NCBI GenBank assembly: GCA_965242865.1
Contig: CBDETK010000013.1
Location: 4,640,001 to 4,704,000 of the forward strand
Length of the DNA: 64,000 nt
Direction: 5' to 3'
Origin: Candidatus Latescibacterota bacterium
Lineage (GTDB): Bacteria > Latescibacterota > UBA2968 > UBA8231
Shown one piece after another: positions 45,908 to 55,864 of the stretch. A program made the position numbers and the translations under genes. Position 1 is the first letter of the stretch. Every line of letters starts with the position of its first letter. Under the pieces are notes generated by a model. It did no database searches. It saw only the letters and a program-made list of their open reading frames with translations, and was not told where the DNA came from.

Positions 45908-45936
45908 AACCTAAGCCCTCTATTTCGGCTTGTCAA
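45908..45936 (-). promoter_or_regulatory. Sigma70-type promoter for rplM-rpsI-rpsB-tsf-frr
   Basis: Minus strand TTGACA-N17-TAGGTT. Confidence 0.6.
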
Positions 45937-46550
45937 GATGGGTCCACCCGGCGCTTGCGCCACCAGCGCCCGAGCAGCACCGCCCCCACCAAGCACAATA
46001 TCCCGACCAAGACTCTATTGTATTGCGTGTATTGCGCGAGCATTTCCGCGACCTGTTCCCAGTTCTCGCCCACCAAAAACCCGGCGTAGAGCAGCAAGCC
46101 GTTCCAAACCGCCATGCCAATCGCGCTGCATAGTACAACGGTCAGCCAAGGCATGCGGCCGAGCCCCGCGCCGATGGCGATGACCGACCGAATGCCGCTC
46201 AAGAACCGATTGCCCAGAATGAGCGCGACGCCGTAGCGACCGAGCCACCGCTCGGCTTGGGCCAGCTTTGCCGTGCCCCGCCGCCCCGCAAAGAAGGCGC
46301 GCCCCCGGCTGTAGCCCAGATAGTACATGGCTAGAAAACCAGCCGTGCCCCCAACGCAGGTCGCAAAAAAAACCGGCCATATATCCAAGAGGCCGCGCCC
46401 TACCAGATAGGCACTAAACACCACCACCGTATCGCCCGGTACAGGCGGCACGATGTTTTCCAAAAAAGCACTGAGCAACAACAGGCCGTATGCCCACAGG
46501 GGATCAACGCCCGCCAAGACCGCGAGCAGGGAATCTAAATAGGCCGCCAT
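45933..46550 (-). CDS. DedA family membrane protein
   Basis: LENIVPPVPGD, RFLSGIRS motifs. Confidence 0.9.
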   Translation of the reverse strand: MAAYLDSLLAVLAGVDPLWAYGLLLLSAFLENIVPPVPGDTVVVFSAYLVGRGLLDIWPVFFATCVGGTAGFLAMYYLGYSRGRAFFAGRRGTAKLAQAERWLGRYGVALILGNRFLSGIRSVIAIGAGLGRMPWLTVVLCSAIGMAVWNGLLLYAGFLVGENWEQVAEMLAQYTQYNRVLVGILCLVGAVLLGRWWRKRRVDPS

Positions 46551-46553
46551 GCT

Positions 46554-47729
46554 TTAGAGCGTCAAAAGGGCCACGGCTTGGGCCGCCATACCCTCCTCGC
46601 GCCCGACGAACCCCAAGCACTCGGTCGTCGTGGCCTTGAGCGAAACTTGCTCCACCGCTAGGCCCAAGGTCTCAGCGAGCGTCTGGCGCATCGCCGCTAG
46701 GTGCGGCGCGAGTTTGGGCCGCTGGGCCGCGACGCCGGCGTCGATATGTAAGACCCGCGCTCCTCGTTCCGCCAGCAGGTGGCCGACCCGTTCGAGCAGC
46801 ACCAAGCTCGATATATCCTTGTATTGCGCGTCCGAGTCGGGAAAGAGTTGGCCAATATCTCCGGCCGCCAGCGCGCCCAAGAGCGCGTCTATGATCGCAT
46901 GCGTCAGCACATCCGCGTCCGAATGGCCCGCCAGTCCCCGCGCAAAAGGCACGACGACCCCGCCCAAAATTAGGGGCCGCCCTTCCACCAAGCGATGCAC
47001 GTCGTATCCCTGTCCTATGCGCAAGCCCATGGCCGGCTCCTCCTCCTTGGTGCGCATTCGCCACTCGGCCCAAGCCAGATCCTCGGGCGTGGTGATCTTG
47101 CGGTTGTCCGCTTCTCCGGGCACGACGCAGACGGGGTGGCCCAATCGCTCGACCAGCGCGGCGTCGTCCGTGGTCGCGGCATCGGGGCCGGCTGCTCGGT
47201 AGGCTCTCAGGAGCAGGGCGCGGTCAAAGCCCTGCGGGGTCTGCGCCTGCCACAACCGCTCGCGCCGCGGCGTACCGACGACCCGCTCGTCCGTCACCTC
47301 TTTGATCGTCTCTACTACGGGTAGCGCGGGCAGTGCCGCTCCGTGCGTGCGCGTGGCCGCGACCACTCTCTCCAGCAATCCCTCCGAAATAAAGGGCCGC
47401 ACCGCGTCGTGGACCAAAACCATATCGGCGTGGGTCTCCTGCAAACCCCGATACACAGAGGCGCTGCGCTCAGCTCCCCCGGGCACCAGGGCGGCGATTT
47501 TGGCAAAGCCGCCGCGCTCGCTCAACTGGCGGCGACAAGGGTCCAAGTCCGCGCCCCGCACGACCAAGACGATGTCGGTCACCAGCGGACTGGCTTCGAG
47601 GCGTGCGAGCGCGTGCCAGAGTAGGGGCCGACCTCCCAACGGCAGGTACTGCTTGGGCCGATTGCCGCCCATGCGCTGGCCCCGGCCGCCGGCCGGCACG
47701 ATGGCGGTTATGCGTTCCACCGCTGTCAC
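46554..47729 (-). CDS. ispDF: Bifunctional IspD/IspF
   Basis: AGGRGQRMG..PKQY, VHDAVRP, QTPQGF, then RIGQGYDVH, GHSDADVLTHA, KATTTE. Confidence 0.95.
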   Translation of the reverse strand: MTAVERITAIVPAGGRGQRMGGNRPKQYLPLGGRPLLWHALARLEASPLVTDIVLVVRGADLDPCRRQLSERGGFAKIAALVPGGAERSASVYRGLQETHADMVLVHDAVRPFISEGLLERVVAATRTHGAALPALPVVETIKEVTDERVVGTPRRERLWQAQTPQGFDRALLLRAYRAAGPDAATTDDAALVERLGHPVCVVPGEADNRKITTPEDLAWAEWRMRTKEEEPAMGLRIGQGYDVHRLVEGRPLILGGVVVPFARGLAGHSDADVLTHAIIDALLGALAAGDIGQLFPDSDAQYKDISSLVLLERVGHLLAERGARVLHIDAGVAAQRPKLAPHLAAMRQTLAETLGLAVEQVSLKATTTECLGFVGREEGMAAQAVALLTL

Positions 47730-48754
47730 GCGATCATCATGGCGTCGCCGTAGCTGTAGAAGCGATAGCCCCGCTCTACGGCCTCGCGGTAGGCGGCCAA
47801 AAGCCGATCCCGCCCGACGAACGCCGCCACGAGCAACAACAGGCTCGAGCGCGGCAAGTGAAAGTTGGTCACCAAGCTATCGACCGCTTTGAATGGGTAG
47901 GGTGGGTAGATAAACGCATCGGCCAATCCCGCTTTGGCCCGCACTTGGCCCGCGGCATCGACACTCGACTCCAAGGTCCGCACCACCGTTGTTCCGACGG
48001 CGACGACGCGCCCAGCGGCTGCGCGGCAACGCTGGAGCGCGGCCGCCACGGGCTCGTCAATTTCGCAGTATTCAGGCTCGAGTACGTGCTGGCGCGGGTC
48101 CGCGCAGCGCACCGGCTCAAACGTGCCCGGCCCCACGTGCAAGACCACCTTGAGAACCGCCACGCCCTTGGCCGCGATCGCCGCGAGCAGCTGAGGGGTA
48201 AAGTGCAGGCCGGCCGTGGGCGCGGCAACAGCGCCCGGACGCGCCGCATACACGGTCTGATAGCGCGCTCGGTCTGCGGCCTCGGGTGCCCGCCGGATGT
48301 AAGGCGGCAGTGGGATTTCCCCGATCTCTTCCAGCCGCGCCAGCACGTCCTCAACGGCAAAGCGCACGCGGAACCGCCCCGGCGCAACCTGCTCGACGAT
48401 GTGCGCTTTTATTGCTCCATCGCCAAACTCCAACCGCGTCGTTGGTTTTAAGCCCCGCCCGGGTCGCCCCATAACCAGCCAATCGCCGGCCGCTAGCGGC
48501 CTGAGCAACAGCAACTCAACCCGGCCGCCGGTGGCCGCTTTACGGCCCCGGAGCCGCGCCGGCACGACCTCGGTTTGGTTCAATACTAGGGCGTCGCCGG
48601 GCGCGAGTTGATCGACGATGGCCCCAAAGTGCAGGTGCTGCAATGAGCCATCCGCCCGGTTCAAGAGCAAAAGGCGCGCTTGATCGCGCTCGGGGGGCGG
48701 GCGTTGGGCGATCAGCGCGTCGGGCAGGTCAAAATCGTAGTCCACCAAGTGCAT
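47726..48754 (-). CDS. queA: S-adenosylmethionine:tRNA ribosyltransferase-isomerase
   Basis: DYDFDLP..LIAQ, PLPPYI, AAPTAGLHF, TNFHLPRSSL, YRFYSYGDAM. Confidence 0.97.
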   Translation of the reverse strand: MHLVDYDFDLPDALIAQRPPPERDQARLLLLNRADGSLQHLHFGAIVDQLAPGDALVLNQTEVVPARLRGRKAATGGRVELLLLRPLAAGDWLVMGRPGRGLKPTTRLEFGDGAIKAHIVEQVAPGRFRVRFAVEDVLARLEEIGEIPLPPYIRRAPEAADRARYQTVYAARPGAVAAPTAGLHFTPQLLAAIAAKGVAVLKVVLHVGPGTFEPVRCADPRQHVLEPEYCEIDEPVAAALQRCRAAAGRVVAVGTTVVRTLESSVDAAGQVRAKAGLADAFIYPPYPFKAVDSLVTNFHLPRSSLLLLVAAFVGRDRLLAAYREAVERGYRFYSYGDAMMIA

Positions 48755-48758
48755 TGAG

Positions 48759-49451
48759 TTATGCCCGCCACCGCGCATAGCGGAAAATGGTCCAGAGGAT
48801 TTTGTAACCGGCCCGCAGCGTCCCGCCGAGCGTTCCGGTAATTTTGGAGGTGCCGATGCGGCGGCGATAGCGCACCGGCACCTCGGCCGTCCGCAGGCCG
48901 AGTCGAGCGGCTTTGACCTGCATCTCAACGGTCCAGCCAAAGGTGCGGTCCCGCATTTTTAGCCGCCGGAGCGCGCCGGAGCGCACAGCGCGAAAAGGCC
49001 CCAAATCCGTAAAGGTGACCCCGAACAACAGGCGAATTAAGAAGGTGGCCAACCCATTGCCAAACCGAGCCTGCGGCAAGAGCGCGCCCGGTTCTCGCTC
49101 CCCCAAGACCCGCGAGCCAATGACCATATCGGCGTGGCCGGCGACAATGGGACGCACTAAAGCGAGCATGTCGGCGGGATAATCGCTGTAATCGCCGTCG
49201 AGAAAGACCACGATATCCGGGCTGTCGAGCTGGGCCATGCCGGCCAAACAGGCTTGGCCGTAGCCGCGGCGCGGCTCCCTGACGACGCAAGCACCCCAGC
49301 GGCGCGCCACCGCGGCCGTGCGGTCGCTGGAGCCATTATCGACGACGATGATCTGCTGGGCGATGTTCGGTATGTCTTGCAGCACCTTGCCGATGGCCTC
49401 TTCTTCGTTGTAGGCGGGAATGACGACGGCAATGGCAGGAGGCGAGTCCAT
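48759..49451 (-). CDS. Glycosyltransferase family 2 (DPM1-like)
   Basis: VIPAYNEE, VVDNGSSD, FLDGD, DLGPFRA. Confidence 0.92.
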   Translation of the reverse strand: MDSPPAIAVVIPAYNEEEAIGKVLQDIPNIAQQIIVVDNGSSDRTAAVARRWGACVVREPRRGYGQACLAGMAQLDSPDIVVFLDGDYSDYPADMLALVRPIVAGHADMVIGSRVLGEREPGALLPQARFGNGLATFLIRLLFGVTFTDLGPFRAVRSGALRRLKMRDRTFGWTVEMQVKAARLGLRTAEVPVRYRRRIGTSKITGTLGGTLRAGYKILWTIFRYARWRA

Positions 49452-49478
49452 GCGCTGGGCACCGCAGGGGGAGGGCTG

Positions 49479-50309
49479 CTAGAGGTTTTCCTCCAACCAG
49501 AGGAAGAATAGATCTTGGGCCTCGGCGATATTGTCGAGCAGGGCAAAGCCGTGGTCGGCCGAGTCGAGGAAAACGCGCAGGTCCTTGGGCGCGGCCGTCT
49601 GGGCCTCTAGGCTGCGGGCGAATTCGGCATAGCTGAGCACGCGATCGCCAGCCTGAATTTGGTCTTGCTCGCCGGCCATAAAGAGCATGGACCGCGGGCG
49701 AAACGGATCGAGGTCGGCCCCGGTGACCACCGGCTCTAGCGAAGAGGTCCTCCACAGCCCGGGAGAGAGGGAGACGCCGGTTTTTATTTGCTCGGGGAAC
49801 GTGCCCAAACTCACGAAGGCCACATTGCCTCCCGAGCCACTGCCCACGACCGCGATGCGGCTGACATTGACCATGGACTGGCTCTGCAGCCAGATCAGCG
49901 CGGCGTGGACATCGAGAAAGCCCTGTTCTAGATCGACTAAGTCCAAGACCTCCCGGTCGTTGGGCAGGGGCGTATCGCCGTGCCCGCGCATGTCGAGGGC
50001 CAAGACCGCATACCCGCGCTCTAGCAAGGCCACGTACGTGCCGGTGTTGTTCAGCCAGTCGGATTTGCTCCCCCCCAGATCGTGCAGGAGGATCACCACC
50101 GGCAGGGATGCGCCGTCTTTGATCGTGCCAAAAAGCGCGCTCACTTCGACGCCGTCGTTGGCCGGGAAGCTAACGGATGAAACGGGATATGCGCGCCCCG
50201 GACCTTTGGGCAGCTCGGGACCGACGATCTGGAGATCGTCTTCGGAGTCGCCGCACCCCACGACCCCAGCGGCGAGCACCCAAACCCACGTACGCAATAC
50301 CTTGCTCAT
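49479..50309 (-). CDS. Alpha/beta-hydrolase-fold lipoprotein
   Basis: VVGC lipobox; DMRGHG, GSGSGG at the nucleophile elbow, DHG. Confidence 0.8.
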   Translation of the reverse strand: MSKVLRTWVWVLAAGVVGCGDSEDDLQIVGPELPKGPGRAYPVSSVSFPANDGVEVSALFGTIKDGASLPVVILLHDLGGSKSDWLNNTGTYVALLERGYAVLALDMRGHGDTPLPNDREVLDLVDLEQGFLDVHAALIWLQSQSMVNVSRIAVVGSGSGGNVAFVSLGTFPEQIKTGVSLSPGLWRTSSLEPVVTGADLDPFRPRSMLFMAGEQDQIQAGDRVLSYAEFARSLEAQTAAPKDLRVFLDSADHGFALLDNIAEAQDLFFLWLEENL

Positions 50310-50426
50310 AAGACCAATCCTCGCCAAAAGCGCGTTGCGAGTGCCCGCACTGGGCAACGCTCCTGCTGTTCGTAACTCCTTGGGTTTGAATAAACCATCT
50401 CGCGCTCTAGGTGTCAACTTGACGCC

Positions 50427-50455
50427 TTGACGCCAACATCCTTTTGCCCTATGCT
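50427..50455 (+). promoter_or_regulatory. Sigma70 promoter, probably giving a leaderless ECF-ATPase/pyrC transcript
   Basis: TTGACG-N17-TATGCT, 8 nt before ATG 50464, no SD. Confidence 0.55.
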
Positions 50456-50463
50456 GCCGCGCT

Positions 50464-52158
50464 ATGATCTGCGTCGAAAAACTCGGCCTGTGCTATGGCG
50501 ACGGCCGAGCCGCCTTGCGCTCGATTGACCTCCACATCAGCCCCGGGGAAAACATCGCCCTCATCGGCCCCAACGGTTCGGGCAAAACCACCCTCGCCCG
50601 TTGCTTAAACGGACTGCTGCGGCCCCACGCCGGTCGGGTCCTCGTCGATGGCATGGACACTGGCGACCCGACTCAGTGCCGCTCCATCCGCCAGCGCGTC
50701 GGCATGGTCTTTCAAAACCCGGACGATCAGCTCGTCGGCAGCACGGTTGCCGACGAATTGGCCTTTGGCTTGGAAAACCTCGCGCTGGCCAGCACTGAAA
50801 TTCAGCGCCGCGTCCAAGAAACCCTCACCGCTTTTGACCTCGAACCCCACCGCCGCTGTCCACCGCACCAACTCGCTGGCGGCGAGAAGCAGCGCGTGGC
50901 CATTGCGGCCGCAGTGGCTAGGCGACCGCGCTATCTGGTCTTGGACGAGGCAACGGCCCTGCTCGACCCCGGCGAAAGACAGCAAGTAGCCGCGCTGCTC
51001 CAGCGGCTGCGCGCCGCCTACCGCATTGCGACGATCCTCATAACCCAGTCCCCGGAAGAAGCCGTACGCGCCGACCGCGTCATCGTCCTCCACGCCGGCC
51101 GGGTCCAAGCCGACGGCTCTCCTACCGCCCTGTTTGCCAACCCCGCCCTCGGCCTCAACCTCCCCTTTGCAAGAGCACTGGCCGATCGCTTGGCGCTGGC
51201 CGAGCCCCACTTGGAGCTAGACGCCTTGTCCGACGCGCTAGCCGCGCTAAAACCCCAGACGCCCCTGCCGCCTTGGACCCCGCCCGCCCCACCCCCGCCC
51301 ACCCCGAGCAAACTAGCAACTCAAGGGCTGACGCACCTCTACGACGAGCCGCTGCCCACTCGGCGGCGCGGCATTCGCGACATCGACCTAGCCATCCCCA
51401 ACCGCTCCGTCTTAGCCCTAGTCGGCCCCAACGGAGCGGGTAAGACCACCCTCGCTCAGCACTTCAACGCCCTGCTCAAACCCTCGCACGGGCGCGTACT
51501 CCTCGACGGCTGCGACATTGACGGCCAGCCCCTAACTCGCGTGCGGCAGCGCGTTGGCTTGGCCTTCCAGTTTCCCGAGCTCCAGCTCTTTGCCGAATCC
51601 GTGGCTGAGGATGTGGCTTTTGGGCCGCGCAACCTCGGGTTTGCGCCCGAGCGCGTCCATGGCCTCGTGGAGCGCGCCCTCGCCATGGTGGGCATGCCGC
51701 TCGCAGCCTTTGGGCCGCGGCCGCCCCTGTCGTTGAGCGGCGGCGAAAGGCGTTGCGTCGCCCTCGCCGGGGTCTTGGCCATGGACCCAGAGGTCTTGGT
51801 GCTCGACGAACCGACCGCCGGCCTCGACCCCCCAACGACGGCCCGCTTGTGCCAGCTCTTCGCCGGTCTAAGCCACCAAGGCCGCACCCTCGTACTGATC
51901 AGCCACGATATGGAGCTCGTCGGCCGCCTAGCCACCCACGTAGCGGTCCTGCGCCAAGGCCGCATCCCGCTGCAAGGGCCGGCCCGCGCCGTGCTCGCCC
52001 ATCCCGAATTCGCGTCCATCAGTGGGCTTGTACCGCCGCCGTCCGTGCAGTTGGCCCGCCGCCTGCGCCGACGCGGTCTAGCCCTAGCCGGCGATCCGCT
52101 GACCCTAGGCGAAACCATCGGCTGGCTCACCCCCCTCGTCGCCCGCGCCCATGGCTAA
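50464..52158 (+). CDS. ECF transporter ATPase with two fused ABC domains (EcfA-EcfA')
   Basis: GPNGSGKTT..VFQNPDDQ..GGEKQR; GPNGAGKTT..FQFPELQLF..LSGGE..LDEPTAGLD. Confidence 0.9.
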   Translation: MICVEKLGLCYGDGRAALRSIDLHISPGENIALIGPNGSGKTTLARCLNGLLRPHAGRVLVDGMDTGDPTQCRSIRQRVGMVFQNPDDQLVGSTVADELAFGLENLALASTEIQRRVQETLTAFDLEPHRRCPPHQLAGGEKQRVAIAAAVARRPRYLVLDEATALLDPGERQQVAALLQRLRAAYRIATILITQSPEEAVRADRVIVLHAGRVQADGSPTALFANPALGLNLPFARALADRLALAEPHLELDALSDALAALKPQTPLPPWTPPAPPPPTPSKLATQGLTHLYDEPLPTRRRGIRDIDLAIPNRSVLALVGPNGAGKTTLAQHFNALLKPSHGRVLLDGCDIDGQPLTRVRQRVGLAFQFPELQLFAESVAEDVAFGPRNLGFAPERVHGLVERALAMVGMPLAAFGPRPPLSLSGGERRCVALAGVLAMDPEVLVLDEPTAGLDPPTTARLCQLFAGLSHQGRTLVLISHDMELVGRLATHVAVLRQGRIPLQGPARAVLAHPEFASISGLVPPPSVQLARRLRRRGLALAGDPLTLGETIGWLTPLVARAHG

Positions 52159-53449
52159 ATTTTCGGCCGACTTGCTCGTCCGCCGAGGACGCCTCATCGA
52201 TCCGGCCAACGGCACCGATGCCCTAGGGGACCTCCTCATCCGCGAGGGGAAAATAGTCCAAGCGGCCCCCCGCCTGACAGCCCCGCCCGACGTGCCCGTC
52301 CTGACGGCTACCGGCTTGGTCGTCGCTCCGGGTTTTATCGACGTTCACACCCACCTCCGCGAACCGGGCTACGAACACAAGGAGACCATTCAGAGCGGCA
52401 CGGCCGCGGCCGCGGCCGGCGGCATCTGTGCCGTAGCCGCCATGCCCAACACCAACCCGCCCCCGGACCGCAGCGACCACCTGCAACTCATGCTGGAGCG
52501 CGCCCAGACGACCGTCGTGCGCTACTATCCAATCGCCTGTATCACCGTGGGCCGCCGAGGACGCGGCGCGCTCGCCCCTCTCGCGGAGTTGGCCGAATTG
52601 GGCGCGGTGGCCTTTTCCGACGATGGCGACCCAGTCGAAGACGCGGCCTTGATGCGGCGCGCCCTCGAAATCGCCCGCGAGCTCGACCGGCCCATCTTCC
52701 CGCATGCCGAGGTCAAGTCGCTTACGGCTGGTGGCTGTATGCACGCCGGCGCAGTGGCCGCACGCCTCGGCGTCCGAGGCATGCCCGCGGCCGGCGAGGA
52801 GGCCATGGTGGCCCGCGATATAGAACTCGTCCGCCAGACCGGCGGCCCGTTGCACATCGCCCATATCAGCACGGCCGGCACCGCGCAATTGGTCCGACGC
52901 GCCCAAGCCGATGGCCTCCCTGTGACCTGCGAAGTGCTCCCCCATCACTTCGCACTCACCGACCACGAGGTCGAGCACCAAGGCACAGCCGCCAAGATGA
53001 GCCCGCCGCTGCGCGAGCCCGCGGATGTCGAGGCCATGCGTACGGGGCTAGCCGATGGCACCATAGAAGTCATTGCGACCGACCACGCGCCGCACACGGC
53101 CGCGGAAAAAGCCCAACCCCTCGCGCAAGCCCCCATGGGCATCGTCGGTCTAGAGACGGCCATCGGCCTCACCTTGACCTATTTGGTGGACCGCGTTTTG
53201 TCCCTGCCCGAGGCCATCGCTTGCTGGACCTGCCACCCGGCGCGCATCTTGCGGCTGCCGGGGGGTGCTCTCACCCCGGGCATGCCCGGCGATCTCACCC
53301 TGCTCGACCTGACGCGCGACTGGGAGGTCGCGCCCGAGCGCTTCCGCTCCAAATCGCGGAATACCCCCTTTGCCGGGTATCGCCTAAGGGGCAAGGCCGT
53401 GGCCACCATCGTCGGCGGCCAGATCGTCTATAGCGAGTTGGCCGCTTAG
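52151..53449 (+). CDS. pyrC: Dihydroorotase
   Basis: PGFIDVHTHLREPG, AMPNT, ATDHAPH, SKSRNTPF. Confidence 0.93.
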   Translation: MAKFSADLLVRRGRLIDPANGTDALGDLLIREGKIVQAAPRLTAPPDVPVLTATGLVVAPGFIDVHTHLREPGYEHKETIQSGTAAAAAGGICAVAAMPNTNPPPDRSDHLQLMLERAQTTVVRYYPIACITVGRRGRGALAPLAELAELGAVAFSDDGDPVEDAALMRRALEIARELDRPIFPHAEVKSLTAGGCMHAGAVAARLGVRGMPAAGEEAMVARDIELVRQTGGPLHIAHISTAGTAQLVRRAQADGLPVTCEVLPHHFALTDHEVEHQGTAAKMSPPLREPADVEAMRTGLADGTIEVIATDHAPHTAAEKAQPLAQAPMGIVGLETAIGLTLTYLVDRVLSLPEAIACWTCHPARILRLPGGALTPGMPGDLTLLDLTRDWEVAPERFRSKSRNTPFAGYRLRGKAVATIVGGQIVYSELAA

Positions 53450-54780
53450 TCGAGGGGCTCGAACGCGGCCGGCCAATGCTCAATTTCCGCGCCGGCCGCG
53501 CGCAGCCACACGGCGATCACGTCGAAGCGGCAGCCCCGATCGGCCGCGGCCCCGTATTGGATGTAGTGCCGAGCGGCCCGCGTTAGACGCTGCCGCTTGG
53601 CGCGATGTACCCTCTGTTCCGGGCGCGACGCCCGCTCGCTGGCTTTTACCTCGACAAAGACCAAGTCGCCCCCCTCTTCGGCCACCAAGTCGATCTCGCC
53701 TCCGGCGGCGCGATAGCGGCGCGCCCGAATGCGGTAGCCCCGTTCTTCCAAATAGGCCGCGGCCGCGGCTTCGCCCCGCCGACCCGTATCCCCCAGCCTG
53801 TCGCGCTGCTCTCGATAGGCCCCTCTCAGGGCCGCTAGCTCGTCGGCCGTTAAATCATCAGCCGCGTCTTTGATCAACTGCGCCAACCGCGCTAGCTCGG
53901 CGAGATTGGCGCAATCGTATAGGCCCTCTGCAAACGAGAGAAAAAGCTCCGAGCGCGGCTCGGCCACGCGCGCGGCCACCGGGCCGAAACTGCGGCGGTG
54001 CAGGGGGCAAGGGCCGTGGGCGTCCAGCGCGGCTAAGTGCGCGGCGCTGCCGTAGCCCTTGTGGGCGGCAAAGCCGTATTCGGGATAGCGGGCGTCGCAG
54101 GCGCACATCAGGCGGTCGCGGTGTACTTTGGCCGCGATCGAGGCCGCGGCAATCGACAGCGAGCGGGCGTCTCCGTCAATGATGGCTTGCTCGGGGTAAG
54201 GGCTGCGCGCTGGCAGGTGCCCGTCAATCAGCACCCGGTCGGGCGGGGGATGCACCTTCTCCAGCGCCAAGCGCATGGCCTTGAGCGAGGCCTGCAGGAT
54301 GTTCAAGCGGTCTATCTCGGCGGCCTCGACCTGCCCTATCTCCACGGACAGGGCTTGGGCCGTGAGCTCCTCGTACAGGGCCTCGCGCTGGGTGCGCGAC
54401 AGCTTCTTGGAATCGTCGATCCCAGCGATGACGCAGTCCGGCGGCAAGACGACGGCCGCGGCCACCACCGGCCCCGCCAAGCAGCCGCGCCCGGCCTCAT
54501 CCACCCCGGCCACTCGGCCCACCCCCTGCGCCCAAAGGCGGCGTTCAAAGTGCAGGAGCCGTACGCGCCGCTGGGCCTCGGCCTGCTCCCGCGCATCGCG
54601 CCGCCGCCGCGCAACCACCAAGCGCCGCACGCCAACGCGGCGATCTGCTTCGAGCAAGGCCCAGCCCGGATCGTCGCTTTTCCACTCGGCCGCTTGGGCG
54701 CGGATCTGGGCTATGGTCATTCCGGCGAGTTCGGTCGCGCCGGAACGACTCGTCTCGGCAGACGTCTCATCTATTGACAT
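53446..54780 (-). CDS. rnhB: Ribonuclease HII fused to a YraN (UPF0102) nuclease domain; true start may be ATG 54720
   Basis: AGVDEAGRGCLAGPVV, DSKKL, IAAASIAAK, HKGYG; then GRRGEAAAAAYLEERGY..GEIDLVA..LVFVEVK..CRFDVIAV. Confidence 0.9.
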   Translation of the reverse strand: MSIDETSAETSRSGATELAGMTIAQIRAQAAEWKSDDPGWALLEADRRVGVRRLVVARRRRDAREQAEAQRRVRLLHFERRLWAQGVGRVAGVDEAGRGCLAGPVVAAAVVLPPDCVIAGIDDSKKLSRTQREALYEELTAQALSVEIGQVEAAEIDRLNILQASLKAMRLALEKVHPPPDRVLIDGHLPARSPYPEQAIIDGDARSLSIAAASIAAKVHRDRLMCACDARYPEYGFAAHKGYGSAAHLAALDAHGPCPLHRRSFGPVAARVAEPRSELFLSFAEGLYDCANLAELARLAQLIKDAADDLTADELAALRGAYREQRDRLGDTGRRGEAAAAAYLEERGYRIRARRYRAAGGEIDLVAEEGGDLVFVEVKASERASRPEQRVHRAKRQRLTRAARHYIQYGAAADRGCRFDVIAVWLRAAGAEIEHWPAAFEPLD

Positions 54781-54801
54781 GGCATACCCACCTCGTATAT
54801 T
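54774..54801 (+). promoter_or_regulatory. Sigma70 promoter for the 54832 gene
   Basis: TTGACA-N16-TATATT. Confidence 0.5.
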
Positions 54802-54831
54802 TGCGAAAAAGCTACCCAGAGGAGCCTTAAC

Positions 54832-55415
54832 ATGAAGAGCTACACGGCGTTAGTTGCCTGCTTTTGCCTCGTTTTGCAACCCAGCATGGCCCTCGCAGAG
54901 CCGGAACCAACACCTATCGCCGGGGCAGACACCCGCCTCTATCTGGCCGACGGCAGCTTGGTGGAAGGCACGCTAATCGAACGCGACCAAGAGCTGGTCA
55001 TCCTGCGCGTCAACGACAAGATCTTCACGTTTGACAAAACCGAAATCGACAAGATCATCACCCTCGAATCGCTGGGCGGGGGGGCCGAAACGATCACGGT
55101 GACCGAGTTTCCTTACATCAGCTTTCTCGGGGGGCCCTCGCCTTTAGCCTGCTCTCGTGGCTGCAATTCGACCGGGCTTCCGACAACGAAGCCGAAGCGG
55201 CCCTCAACCGCGATCACGACCAGCTCGCCCGCGCCAAAAAGCTCGACGACAAAGCCGACCGCGCTCGCCTCTACGGCCGGGCCACAGCCGTTCTCGCGGC
55301 CGGCAGCTTAGTAGTGGCCTTAATCCCGCGCAAAAGCACCCGCCGGGTCTTTCCCGAACTCGGTTTCCGCGACGGCGAGCCGCGCATCGGCGTATCCTAC
55401 GTCTATTCGTTCTGA
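54832..55415 (+). CDS. Exported hypothetical protein with a single frameshift at G6 (55129-55134)
   Basis: Signal peptide; adding one G gives [19 protein letters not shown]...[10 protein letters not shown]; AGGAG SD. Confidence 0.6.
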
Positions 55416-55864
55416 GCGCCCTGAGTGCCTTCCGCACTCCGCAGGTAATGCACCAACGCCTCTAGCCCGAGCGCGTAGCTAAACCGGCCAAATCCGGCGA
55501 TTTGCCCCAAGCAGACCGGCGCGATAACCGACTGCTGGCGAAACGCTTCCCGGGCATGCACATTGGACAGATGCACCTCAACGGTCGGCAACCCCTTGGC
55601 CGCCACGGCGTCGCGCAAGGCGAGGCTATAGTGGGTAAAGGCCCCCGGATTGAATAGCAGGCCCTGCTCTTGGGCTTGGTGCAGCGCGTCGATTAGGGGC
55701 CCCTCGCCATTGGATTGATAGCAGCGCACCTGCACGCCAAGGCGCTGGGCGTGGTCGGCGAGCGACGCATCAATCGCGGCCAAGGTTTCCCGCCCATAGA
55801 CCTCGGGCTCGCGCGTTCCCAGCAAGTTGAGATTGGGTCCGTGTAGAACTAGGATGCTAGTCAA
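55403..55864 (-). CDS. aroQ: Type II 3-dehydroquinate dehydratase
   Basis: [44 protein letters not shown]; GGAGG before TTG. Confidence 0.95.
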   Translation of the reverse strand: MTSILVLHGPNLNLLGTREPEVYGRETLAAIDASLADHAQRLGVQVRCYQSNGEGPLIDALHQAQEQGLLFNPGAFTHYSLALRDAVAAKGLPTVEVHLSNVHAREAFRQQSVIAPVCLGQIAGFGRFSYALGLEALVHYLRSAEGTQGAQNE

